From an uncultured Planctomycetales bacterium (lineage in GTDB: Bacteria > Planctomycetota > Phycisphaerae > UBA1845 > JAFGLZ01), in the NCBI GenBank assembly GCA_964622545.1, contig CAZUQM010000012.1, forward strand, positions 92,054 through 156,053: a DNA stretch of 64,000 nucleotides. The letters are read 5' to 3'. Positions 45,958 to 54,513 of this stretch are shown one piece after another (positions within the stretch are counted from its first letter, which is position 1; each line of letters begins with the position of its first letter). The notes below the pieces were generated by a model. The model was given only the letters and a program-made list of their open reading frames with translations. It searched no databases and was not told where the DNA came from. Made by a program: the position numbers and the translations under genes.

Positions 45958-47190
45958 ATGGCGCTGGATTACATCCGCTGCGTTCGAGGCGTTGTCCTCG
46001 CCGGCGCGCACCCATGGGATGAGCCCTCGGGCAGCGATCCGCTGCTCCGTCCGATGGTACCCGTCGCGCACCAACCCCTGATCGGATATGTGGTCAACTG
46101 GCTCAAGGCAGGCGGCGTGCACAAGGGCACCATCTGTGCCAATGGGGCGTCCCGCTTCGTGCGCGGTTACCTTGGGGATGGCTCCCACCACGGCATGGAG
46201 CTGGATTACTACGAGGACCTGATCCCGAGAGGACCGGCCGGCTGCGCCCTGGATTCCGCGCAGCGCTGCGATGCCGAGCACTTCGTTGTCGCCGACGGCA
46301 CGATCATCCCCCAAGTGGATCTCGAGCGGCTGCTGACGGCCCATCGAGATTCGGACGCGGCCGTCACCGTCGTGGTGAATCGAGAGAACGCGGTCGATTC
46401 CCATGGTGAGCGATGGGTACCGACAGGCATCTATGTCTTCCACAGGCGCGTCTTTGCCTACGTCCAAGGCGCGGGTTATCAGGACGTGAAAGAGGTCCTG
46501 ATCCCGAAGCTTCACGCAAGCGGCGAGCGCGTTCTCACCTATTGCAGCGAGGGCGTATGCCCTCGCGTCACGGACGCCTCGACGTACCTCGCCGTCAATG
46601 GCTGGTGGATCGAGAGGCTGGTCCGTGAGAAGGCGGCGTCGAGCGAATATGTGGAACTCGGTGAATCCCTTGTGCATCGGACAGCATGTGTGTCGCCTTC
46701 GGCGCGTCTGATCGGGCCCGTTCTCATCGGGGCTGACACGGTCGTCGAAGACCGTGTGACGGTGGTCGGACCCACCTCTTTAGGGGCCGGCTGTTGTCTT
46801 GCCGAGGGATCGGTGGTCTGCCGGTCGGTGATGTGGGATTCGTGTCATGTCGGTCGAGCCAGCATGGTCGACCGCTGCATCTTACGCAACGAGGCCGTTG
46901 TGGCCGACGAGAGCGGCGTGCACAGCACGATGATCTGTTCTCGTAAGGACCGAACTCACAGCAGGATGTCGACGATAAGGAAGGTATGGGGATCCCTGCG
47001 GAGGCGTCACCAAAGCGAGCGTTCGTCGGTCGGGGTCGATGAGACACTTACCGACGGATGGAATCGGCAGAACGCTCGAAAGCTAGCCCAGGAGTCGGCT
47101 CAGCAGCGAATCCGACGTGAGGAGCGACCTGGATGCCCAACCCGTCTGATCAATCACGTACATCCAGTTCCAGGGGATCTGGCGCCCTAG
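45958..47190 (+). CDS. sugar-nucleotidyltransferase-like protein with left-handed beta-helix (atypical nucleotide-binding loop)
   Basis: 410 aa with GGGGGGAGAGAG upstream. It has an NTP_transferase-like N-terminus (VVLAGAHPW instead of LAGGxGxRL). Hexapeptide repeats follow: ARLIGPVLIGADTVVEDRVTVVGPTSLGAGCCLAEGSVV. The C-terminal tail is low complexity. Confidence 0.7.
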   Translation: MALDYIRCVRGVVLAGAHPWDEPSGSDPLLRPMVPVAHQPLIGYVVNWLKAGGVHKGTICANGASRFVRGYLGDGSHHGMELDYYEDLIPRGPAGCALDSAQRCDAEHFVVADGTIIPQVDLERLLTAHRDSDAAVTVVVNRENAVDSHGERWVPTGIYVFHRRVFAYVQGAGYQDVKEVLIPKLHASGERVLTYCSEGVCPRVTDASTYLAVNGWWIERLVREKAASSEYVELGESLVHRTACVSPSARLIGPVLIGADTVVEDRVTVVGPTSLGAGCCLAEGSVVCRSVMWDSCHVGRASMVDRCILRNEAVVADESGVHSTMICSRKDRTHSRMSTIRKVWGSLRRRHQSERSSVGVDETLTDGWNRQNARKLAQESAQQRIRREERPGCPTRLINHVHPVPGDLAP

Positions 47191-49430
47191 TCCCCAGCGA
47201 TCAGTCCGCTTTTCCTTTTGTCCTCGACCAGCCTGAGCAGAAACCCGCCGGACTGAGCGTTACCGCGCCGGCACCAGCCAACAGGGGGATGTCGGTCTGG
47301 GACGTCCTCCGCTATAAGTGGACGATGACGATGGTGGCCCTGCCCGTGATGGTCGCCCTCATCGCCGCTATCTGGACCTTGATTGAGCCCAAATACCTGG
47401 CCCGGGCCGAAATCCGTGTCAAGCCGATCATTCCTCACCTGGTGTTCCGCACCGAGGATAGCGGGCTCATCCCCATGTACCAGTCGTATCTGAATACGCA
47501 GGTGAGCGTCATCAGGAATCCGACGGTGCTTCAGCGCGTCCTGGATCAACCTGCCGTGCAGAAGACCGAATGGTATACCGATCCCAGCCCGCCGCTTGGG
47601 CCGGGCAAACTGAACTTGGAGGTGCTCCGTGACGAGCTGGAGGTCACGCCCAGAGGGCGGACCGAGCTGATCGACGTGAGTGTCCTGTCCCGGAACGCCC
47701 GCGACGCCGTCGTCATCGTCAACGCGGTGATCGACGAATATGTGCGGTACGTCCACGAGCAGGCCGAGCAAAGCGACGATCGGCTCTTCACGCAACTGAC
47801 CAACGAGTACAACACCTACAAGACCAAGATCGCCGGCGGCGAACGCGTCATCGAGGACTACCGCAAGCAGCTCGGTACCGGCGATCCGGAAGAGCTCATC
47901 ACGCAGAAGCGGGTGCGGCTCGACGCGGCCGAGGCGGAGCTACGAGAGCATCGGCGCAAGATCGTCTCGATGCAGTGGCAGCTCCAACAGCTCGAGGAGA
48001 TGCTCGAAGTCCGGCGTCGTCCGGCCACCCAACCTGCCGAGAAACGGCCGGAGGTGGCCCTGAGCTACCAGGATGACCCGGAATGGCGCAGGCTGTCGAA
48101 TGCGGTCAAGGCCGCCGAGCACGAGGTCGAGGTGTACGGACTTCGCCTCGGCTCGCGACACCCCAAGATGGAGGAAGCGCGTCGCGCGGTGGAGCTGGCC
48201 AAGCGGAACCTCCGTGAGCGCGAGGAACAACTTGAGACCGCCCTGACGGCGCCCGAGGAAGCGATCGGTCCATCCGCTCCCGGTCGCAGCGTGTCGCTGG
48301 CCGCACGCGTGGAGGACGCCCGTCAGCGACTGGGTCTGCTCAAGCAGGAAGAGCAACTGCTCGAGGCGAACCTCAACACCGAACGCGAAGAGTTCAATCG
48401 GATCTTCAGCATGGCGGGTGATCTGGCCAAGGAGCAGGAGAAAGTCGCCCACGACCGCGAGATGTACGAGGCCGTTCGGACCAGGTTGTCGCAGAAGGCC
48501 ATGGAGCGCAACGTCCCTGGCTCAATCAGCGTGTTGAGCCGGGCCATGTCGCCGAGCGAACCCTACAAGGACCGTCGGCTCCTCCTCAGCGTTTTCGCCA
48601 TCATGGCCGGCCTGGGCTCGGGCGTTGGCGTGGCCTTTCTGCGGGCCGCGGCAAGCCAGTCCATTCAGACGGCCATGGATGTCCCCCGGGCGGTCTCAGC
48701 CCCGTTCCTGGGCCAGCTACCCCTTCTGGGCGAGGGCGATCGTCACGGCGTCGACGAGGTCGCGCTACAGGCCGAGTTTCTCCGTATGGCCCGCACGGCC
48801 CTGCTCGAGCGACTGGGCGGGGCGAGCGGTCGAGCGATCCTCATCACGAGCGCCGGGGCCGGGTCGGGCAAGACGACGGTTGCGACGTTGCTCAGCAAGA
48901 GCCTCGCCCAGTGTGGACGGCGTGTCCTCCTGGTGGACGCAGACCTGCGCCGTCCTGCTGTCGGGTACCGGCTCGGCATCCAGGGCGGTCCGGGGCTCGT
49001 TGGGGCGCTTCGCGGGACGTCGACCGATGAGGAATGCATCATCGCGACCGATAACCAGCGGCTGAACGTGCTGCCTGGTGGTGGGCATCGCGGAGGGAGC
49101 GAGCCCGAGCTGCTGGCCAATGGCACCTTCGCGCAATGTATGGAACGGTGGCGATCGTGCTATGATATCATCGTTCTGGACAGCCCGCCGGTGTTGCCGG
49201 TCGCCGATGCCAGAATCCTGGCCAGGAACGTGGATGGGGCTGTCATGGTGGTCAGGGAGGGGCACTGCCGTCGGGCCGACGTGGTGGATGCCCTGGCGCA
49301 TCTCGCTACGGCGGGCACGACCCTCCTGGGGACGATCTTCATCGGATCCCTCCCGCGGTCGCGCTATCCCGCCGACTACTATGGCTACTACGCCACGGAG
49401 ACGTCGAGCCAAGCAAGCCAGGTGAGGTGA
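47133..49430 (+). CDS. polysaccharide co-polymerase / tyrosine autokinase (Wzc/GumC-like)
   Basis: 765 aa. It has an N-terminal chain-length-determinant region with a TM segment, long coiled coils, Walker A ITSAGAGSGKTTVA, LLVDADLRRP, and a C-terminal Tyr cluster YPADYYGYYATE. ATG 47289 is an alternative start. Confidence 0.85.
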   Translation: MPNPSDQSRTSSSRGSGALVPSDQSAFPFVLDQPEQKPAGLSVTAPAPANRGMSVWDVLRYKWTMTMVALPVMVALIAAIWTLIEPKYLARAEIRVKPIIPHLVFRTEDSGLIPMYQSYLNTQVSVIRNPTVLQRVLDQPAVQKTEWYTDPSPPLGPGKLNLEVLRDELEVTPRGRTELIDVSVLSRNARDAVVIVNAVIDEYVRYVHEQAEQSDDRLFTQLTNEYNTYKTKIAGGERVIEDYRKQLGTGDPEELITQKRVRLDAAEAELREHRRKIVSMQWQLQQLEEMLEVRRRPATQPAEKRPEVALSYQDDPEWRRLSNAVKAAEHEVEVYGLRLGSRHPKMEEARRAVELAKRNLREREEQLETALTAPEEAIGPSAPGRSVSLAARVEDARQRLGLLKQEEQLLEANLNTEREEFNRIFSMAGDLAKEQEKVAHDREMYEAVRTRLSQKAMERNVPGSISVLSRAMSPSEPYKDRRLLLSVFAIMAGLGSGVGVAFLRAAASQSIQTAMDVPRAVSAPFLGQLPLLGEGDRHGVDEVALQAEFLRMARTALLERLGGASGRAILITSAGAGSGKTTVATLLSKSLAQCGRRVLLVDADLRRPAVGYRLGIQGGPGLVGALRGTSTDEECIIATDNQRLNVLPGGGHRGGSEPELLANGTFAQCMERWRSCYDIIVLDSPPVLPVADARILARNVDGAVMVVREGHCRRADVVDALAHLATAGTTLLGTIFIGSLPRSRYPADYYGYYATETSSQASQVR

Positions 49431-49448
49431 ACCGCAAGCAGCGGGGGT

Positions 49449-51290
49449 ATGAGGCTCGTCATGGGCGTCTTTCCGATCGTGATCGACACGCAGCCGTCAT
49501 TCCTCGCGGGGACGGGGTGCGGCCTGTCCCTGCTGCAAATGCCGATCGGACCGGGAACGCTGTACGACGAAATCGAGGCCGAGCTGCGCAAGAGCGGTCT
49601 TGGACGCCCGCGCGTCTTGCCCCTGTTTCCAGCACGCTTGACCTACGAACGGCATCTCAGCCAGCGCGACGACCTGCCGATGGACGTGATCGCGCCGGTG
49701 CTGTTTGGCGACCTCATCGAGACCCTGGAGCCCTCCGATTGGCTGCTGATCATCGACGTCCAGCGCATGCCGGCCGACCTTCGAGAATCGCGCGGAATGC
49801 TGCGCTTCACGTCCGAGCAGGCAGGCGCGGTCCACTTGGTCAGTCGCGCTTCACCGTATGAGGTGACGCGCGAGTACGTTCAACTGGACGGATTGAGGCA
49901 GGTGTGTCGGATCGGACGCCTTTACGACGGCATCACGTGGAACCAGATCCGGGGGGTGAGCTGCTCGCTGGTTTCGGTCGCGGCCGCCCTGCATGCGGAA
50001 ACCGGAGCCTTCGCCTCACTGGCCGAGCTCCGACAGATCCTGACCCGTCGAGGTGTGGCGAGTCTGGACCTCTTTGCGACCGGAGGGACCTACGACTTGA
50101 GCACCCATCAGGGGGTGCTGACCTTCGTCGAGAGCCGCCTGCTTGCTCAAGGCGGCGATGGCAACGGCCGTGGGTCCACGTCGACGGTCACGCGAGCGGC
50201 GTCCTGCGCCGTCAGCGCGACCGCGCGCCTGTCGGGCCCCGTCGTCCTCCAGGAAGGGGTGGTGATCGAGGATGATGCCGTGGTCATCGGCCCGTCCGTG
50301 ATCGGTTCGGGCAGCCGCGTCGGGCGCGGATCGGTCGTGGCCCAGTGCGTCGTCATGCGTGACTCTGACATCGAGGCCGGTGCGACGATCCGGCACTGTC
50401 TCTGGACGCGCGGGAGGCAACCCACTCCCTCTCGAGGGAGCCGTCCAGAACCCCCACGGTGGTGCGCGGGGTTCACGCCTTCCCCCTCCGGTCCGATGGT
50501 GGTCACGCCAAGGCAACGCTCCCTGCCCGGGCTCGTGCTCAAGCGCGTCGTGGATGGCGTCGTCTCGGCAGCGGGTCTGGCGCTTCTGAGTCCGCTGCTG
50601 CTGATTGTGGCCGGGCTCATTAAGCTGACCTCTCGCGGTCCCGTGCTGTACGGCGATCAGCGGGAAGGGCGGGATGGCGAGCCGATCCGTTGCCTGAAGT
50701 TCCGCACGATGGTCCAGGACGCCGACCACAAGCAGCGGGAGCTCCAGCAGCAGAATCAGGTGGATGGGCCGCAGTTCAAGATCGACCGTGACCCTCGGGT
50801 AACCCGCCTGGGGACCATCCTGCGGGAAACGAACGTCGACGAGCTGCCGCAGTTGATCAACGTCCTGCGGGGCGAGATGAGCCTGATCGGACCCCGTCCG
50901 TCGCCGTTCCGCGAGAATCAGATCTGTGTGCCGTGGCGGAAGTCGCGTTTGAGTGTCCGGCCCGGGATCACCGGCTTGTGGCAGATCTGCCGCCACGAGC
51001 GATCGGCCGGCGACTTCCACCAGTGGATCTACTACGACATGCTGTACGTGAAGCACCAGTCGACCCTGCTGGATCTGAAAATCCTGGCAGGCACGTTCCT
51101 GTCGCTGGCGACGCGACGGAGCCTGCCCGTGCACTGGTTGGTCCCTCGCCGGAAGCTGGCGGACTCGCCCGATTTCGCGTCGATCCTGACCTGGTCACCG
51201 ACCAAGCTCAATGAGGAGGATGTCATGCCCGGGTCACCGCGAGCCAAGCGGACGTCCGACAGCCTTCAGGGAGTTTCTGTTGATGGCTGA
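49449..51290 (+). CDS. polyprenyl-phosphate sugar-phosphate transferase (bacterial sugar transferase) fused to an N-terminal nucleotidyltransferase/LbH-like domain
   Basis: The C-terminal 250 aa shows [38 protein letters not shown]...KFRTM...[21 protein letters not shown], a WbaP/EpsL-type pattern. The N-terminal ~330 aa is paralogous to ORF 45958: [39 protein letters not shown]. Confidence 0.85.
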   Translation: MRLVMGVFPIVIDTQPSFLAGTGCGLSLLQMPIGPGTLYDEIEAELRKSGLGRPRVLPLFPARLTYERHLSQRDDLPMDVIAPVLFGDLIETLEPSDWLLIIDVQRMPADLRESRGMLRFTSEQAGAVHLVSRASPYEVTREYVQLDGLRQVCRIGRLYDGITWNQIRGVSCSLVSVAAALHAETGAFASLAELRQILTRRGVASLDLFATGGTYDLSTHQGVLTFVESRLLAQGGDGNGRGSTSTVTRAASCAVSATARLSGPVVLQEGVVIEDDAVVIGPSVIGSGSRVGRGSVVAQCVVMRDSDIEAGATIRHCLWTRGRQPTPSRGSRPEPPRWCAGFTPSPSGPMVVTPRQRSLPGLVLKRVVDGVVSAAGLALLSPLLLIVAGLIKLTSRGPVLYGDQREGRDGEPIRCLKFRTMVQDADHKQRELQQQNQVDGPQFKIDRDPRVTRLGTILRETNVDELPQLINVLRGEMSLIGPRPSPFRENQICVPWRKSRLSVRPGITGLWQICRHERSAGDFHQWIYYDMLYVKHQSTLLDLKILAGTFLSLATRRSLPVHWLVPRRKLADSPDFASILTWSPTKLNEEDVMPGSPRAKRTSDSLQGVSVDG

Positions 51291-52086
51291 TGCTGCTCAA
51301 GTACCTTCTTGCGCCGGTGCGGTACGCCATGTCCTGGGCGTTCCGATCCATGCCCTGACCATGTCAGGCACGTTGGACGTGATCCACGAGGCGATCGTGT
51401 CCCGGCGGCGGCTCCTGATCGGCGTGGTGAACGCGGCCAAGATCGTGAACATGAAGCGTGACGCGATGCTACGCGACTCGGTCCTGGCCTCCGACGTGGT
51501 CGTAGCCGACGGGCAATCCGTCGTGTGGGCCTCGCGGGTCTTGGGCCAGCCGCTGCCCGAGCGCGTGGCGGGGATCGACCTGATGATGGAGCTCTTTCGC
51601 GCCGGAAACAACCGGGGATACCGGGTGTTCTGCCTCGGCGCGACGAAGGAGGTGATCCGGGCCGTAGGCGAAAGGCTCCAGCATGACTACCCCCGCCTGA
51701 AGCTCGTGGGCGTCCGCGACGGGTATTTCAGCGAAGAGCAAGAGCAGGAGGTGGCCGAGGAGATTGGCAGGGCTCGCCCGGACATCCTGTTGGTCGGCAT
51801 GACGTCGCCCAAGAAAGAGCGCTTCCTGGCCCGGTGGGCAGATGTGATGGATGTGCCTGTGTGCCATGGGGTAGGGGGGTCGTTCGACGTCTACGCGGGT
51901 CGCGTGAAGCGGGCTCCGAAGGCCTGGCAGCGTTTGGGCATCGAATGGCTGTATCGCATCGTGCAGGAGCCACGGCGGATGTGGCGGCGCTATTTGGTCA
52001 CCAATACCCTTTTCGGGGTCCTGTTAGCGCGAGAGCTCGTCGAGGTCAGACTCTTAGGCCAGCGTCCTCCGGCGGCTGAAGCCTAG
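51283..52086 (+). CDS. WecB/TagA/CpsF family glycosyltransferase
   Basis: ATG 51283 within ORF 51211..52086, with an 8-nt overlap on the upstream stop. LGVPIHALTM...VVNAAKIV...VADGQSVVWASRVLG...FCLGA...GMTSPKKERF...GVGGSFDVYAG are family blocks. Confidence 0.85.
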   Translation: MADAAQVPSCAGAVRHVLGVPIHALTMSGTLDVIHEAIVSRRRLLIGVVNAAKIVNMKRDAMLRDSVLASDVVVADGQSVVWASRVLGQPLPERVAGIDLMMELFRAGNNRGYRVFCLGATKEVIRAVGERLQHDYPRLKLVGVRDGYFSEEQEQEVAEEIGRARPDILLVGMTSPKKERFLARWADVMDVPVCHGVGGSFDVYAGRVKRAPKAWQRLGIEWLYRIVQEPRRMWRRYLVTNTLFGVLLARELVEVRLLGQRPPAAEA

Positions 52087-52141
52087 GGCGAAAAATGTAG
52101 AAAAGGCTTGAAGAAAATTGGGCCGCGGGATATCCTAATAG

Positions 52142-52771
52142 GTGAGTAGAGTTCGGTCTTTTCTGGGGTTGCTGCAAGGACATCGCTTCATGCGATTGCC
52201 GCTTGGCCATTCTGTATGCGTGGTGGCGCTCCTGACCGGAGCGCTCCAGGCCGGTATGTCCCCGGAGCCGCTGCGGGCAACGGGTGACCGCTCGGGCGAA
52301 GCACGCCATGCGGAAAGCGTCTTTCCGGAAAGCCCTTCCCGTTTGACCGACCACCAGCTCCTGATTCCAACGGGGTCTTTGGCCCACGTGGAATCCACTC
52401 CCGTGCCTGTGACCCGTGATCAAGATGTCGCGGTGGACGAGCTCGGACGCGTGCCGGCCCTTCCCGGCAGCGCGTCGCTGTACCTCTGCGCGATCGGCAC
52501 GTTCGGTCTATGGCATGTGTCACGATCGATGCGCCGCGTGGACCTCGGCAGCGTGCCAGAGTGGTTCCACGCCGGTGCTCCTCTGCGTGTCGGTCATGCG
52601 GTCTCATATGATATCCATGCGACCGATCTGCCTGTCTGTCCGACAGAGCAGGTGGTCGAGCTTGGTTCGCCGGTCCTTCGCCTCCATCCCAACTGGGAGC
52701 CGTCGTGGCTCCTGCCGGAGGATCGGTCCCTTCCTGTCACGGCACCTCGCGGTCCTCCGACTGTGTCCTGA
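52142..52771 (+). CDS. hypothetical protein with internal PEP-CTERM-like segment
   Basis: 209-aa ORF, possibly starting at ATG 52190 with the signal MRLPLGHSVCVVALLTGALQA. The internal VPALPGSASLYLCAIGTFGLWHVSRSMRR resembles a sorting signal. No family recognised. Confidence 0.4.
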   Translation: MSRVRSFLGLLQGHRFMRLPLGHSVCVVALLTGALQAGMSPEPLRATGDRSGEARHAESVFPESPSRLTDHQLLIPTGSLAHVESTPVPVTRDQDVAVDELGRVPALPGSASLYLCAIGTFGLWHVSRSMRRVDLGSVPEWFHAGAPLRVGHAVSYDIHATDLPVCPTEQVVELGSPVLRLHPNWEPSWLLPEDRSLPVTAPRGPPTVS

Positions 52772-52931
52772 GCGATTTCGCGGTCCCGCGCCTAGGTTGA
52801 GGCAAGGCTGAGCTGTATGGCCGCGCCGCGCGGGGGGGAGGCGATCGCATCGGTTGACTTTCACGTTGGAAGTGTGCGAAACACGGGACCAACCACCCGG
52901 AGAGGGGTGGGGGTAGAAGCGAGGTGTAACG

Positions 52932-53573
52932 ATGACGTACCGAAGCATTCTGACAACCAGTGTTATCCTCATCATGTCAGCGGGCGTTGCCCATGCTGAT
53001 GTGGTATTCGACTACAACGGTATTCCAGACGGTACGGGAAGCACGGGTCTGAGCTCGTACATGACGGCCCTGTATGGGTCGGACGTGAGCGTGACGGATG
53101 GCCGTGCTGAGAGCAACCCGAACATCCTGTATCCGGACTGGATCGGCAACCCGACGACTTACGTCTGGACGGCTTACACGTTCGACGGAACGGTCGAAGG
53201 GGACCTGGAGATCTCGTTCGACGACACACCGATCACGGCCGTGAAGTTCGATGGTTATGTCTTCGACGCCACGCGCGGCGCCGACTTCGTCCTTCGAGCG
53301 TACACGTCCGACTACACCGACAGCGGTGGGACTCGGGGCGACCCCGATCCGGCGGCTGAGGTGTTCGAAGGAACGTACAACGGTGGCGTCGGCGGGTTCA
53401 GCACGCCCTGGATCACGTTCACGGAACCGGTCACGTTGCTGGTCTTCAGCGATCACGGCCTCTGGGATATCGGCATTGACAATCTGCAGGTCAAGGCCGT
53501 TCCCGCTCCGGGTGCTGCGGTCCTGGCGCTGATGGGGATGACGTTCATCGGATGGCTCAGGCGATCGGCGTAA
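52932..53573 (+). CDS. PEP-CTERM sorting-domain protein
   Basis: Signal peptide ILIMSAGVAHA. The C-terminus AVPAPGAAVLALMGMTFIGWLRRSA has the PEP-CTERM layout: a Pro motif, a TM helix and a basic tail. Confidence 0.8.
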   Translation: MTYRSILTTSVILIMSAGVAHADVVFDYNGIPDGTGSTGLSSYMTALYGSDVSVTDGRAESNPNILYPDWIGNPTTYVWTAYTFDGTVEGDLEISFDDTPITAVKFDGYVFDATRGADFVLRAYTSDYTDSGGTRGDPDPAAEVFEGTYNGGVGGFSTPWITFTEPVTLLVFSDHGLWDIGIDNLQVKAVPAPGAAVLALMGMTFIGWLRRSA

Positions 53574-53642
53574 CCATGCGTCCGAACGTTTGAAGGCATC
53601 TGGTCGACGAGAACGATCAGGAAGGAAGACGAAAGGAGTCTT

Positions 53643-54449
53643 GTGATGAAGAAGACAACCCTCACGAAGCTAGTAGCCGTTTTGGGCCTCGCGGTGATCG
53701 CATCGCCTGCGATGGCCGGCACGGGCTTCCACTTTGACTACCTGCACCTGGACTTCAGCTACACCGCCCACGCGGTCCCCATCGGGGACGTGGTCGGTGA
53801 GATCACGGTCTCGAGCCCGGACATCCTCCAGGTGGATAAGCGGGATCTCGGGGCGGACGGCGTCTTCAGCAGTGACGACGTCATCGTCGATACGTCGAGG
53901 ATCATCGGGCCGCAGGACATGGGCCTTGAGTTCTCGGCCGACGTGAAGAAGTTGGGTGCCAACAACTACCAGATCGTCGGTACGGTCAAGGGTACCGATG
54001 TGAACCAGGCGTCGAATTCGCATGAAGGCGAGTTCTCCTCGACGAACGTGAACTACTCGTCGCAGGGTGGCCCGTCCGGGGCGTTGTTCTCGTTCTCGGG
54101 TCTGCTGAACACGCTGCTCCCGAACGACGCGATCCTGATCAACCGCCAGGTCGGTCCGGACGAGTGGGTCTTCGTGGGCGAGGAAGCGTTTGACACGCCC
54201 GACGAGGACGGCACGGCCGGCGAGATCACGCTGGCATCGGGTCGTGAGCTGTTCGACGTTGGCGGTATCGCCTTGTTCGAGCTGGGTATCGATTCCGTGG
54301 CCGATCTGGACGAGTTCTTTTCGGAGAACCGTCAGCACGCCGGCGGTGACCTGAAGCTGAATGTCACGGTTCCGGTTCCGGCAGCCATGGTGATGGGTGT
54401 GGTCGGCCTCGGGTTGATCGCGACGCTTCGGCGTCGTCTGTTCGCCTAG
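53643..54449 (+). CDS. PEP-CTERM-like sorting-domain protein
   Basis: Signal peptide LVAVLGLAVIASPAMA. The C-terminus VPVPAAMVMGVVGLGLIATLRRRLFA has the PEP-CTERM-like layout. Confidence 0.75.
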   Translation: MMKKTTLTKLVAVLGLAVIASPAMAGTGFHFDYLHLDFSYTAHAVPIGDVVGEITVSSPDILQVDKRDLGADGVFSSDDVIVDTSRIIGPQDMGLEFSADVKKLGANNYQIVGTVKGTDVNQASNSHEGEFSSTNVNYSSQGGPSGALFSFSGLLNTLLPNDAILINRQVGPDEWVFVGEEAFDTPDEDGTAGEITLASGRELFDVGGIALFELGIDSVADLDEFFSENRQHAGGDLKLNVTVPVPAAMVMGVVGLGLIATLRRRLFA

Positions 54450-54513
54450 GCCCGCTGAGCACATCCAAACGCTGTGATCCAAAGCCGCGGTGGGGCGACC
54501 CGCCGCGGCTTGT

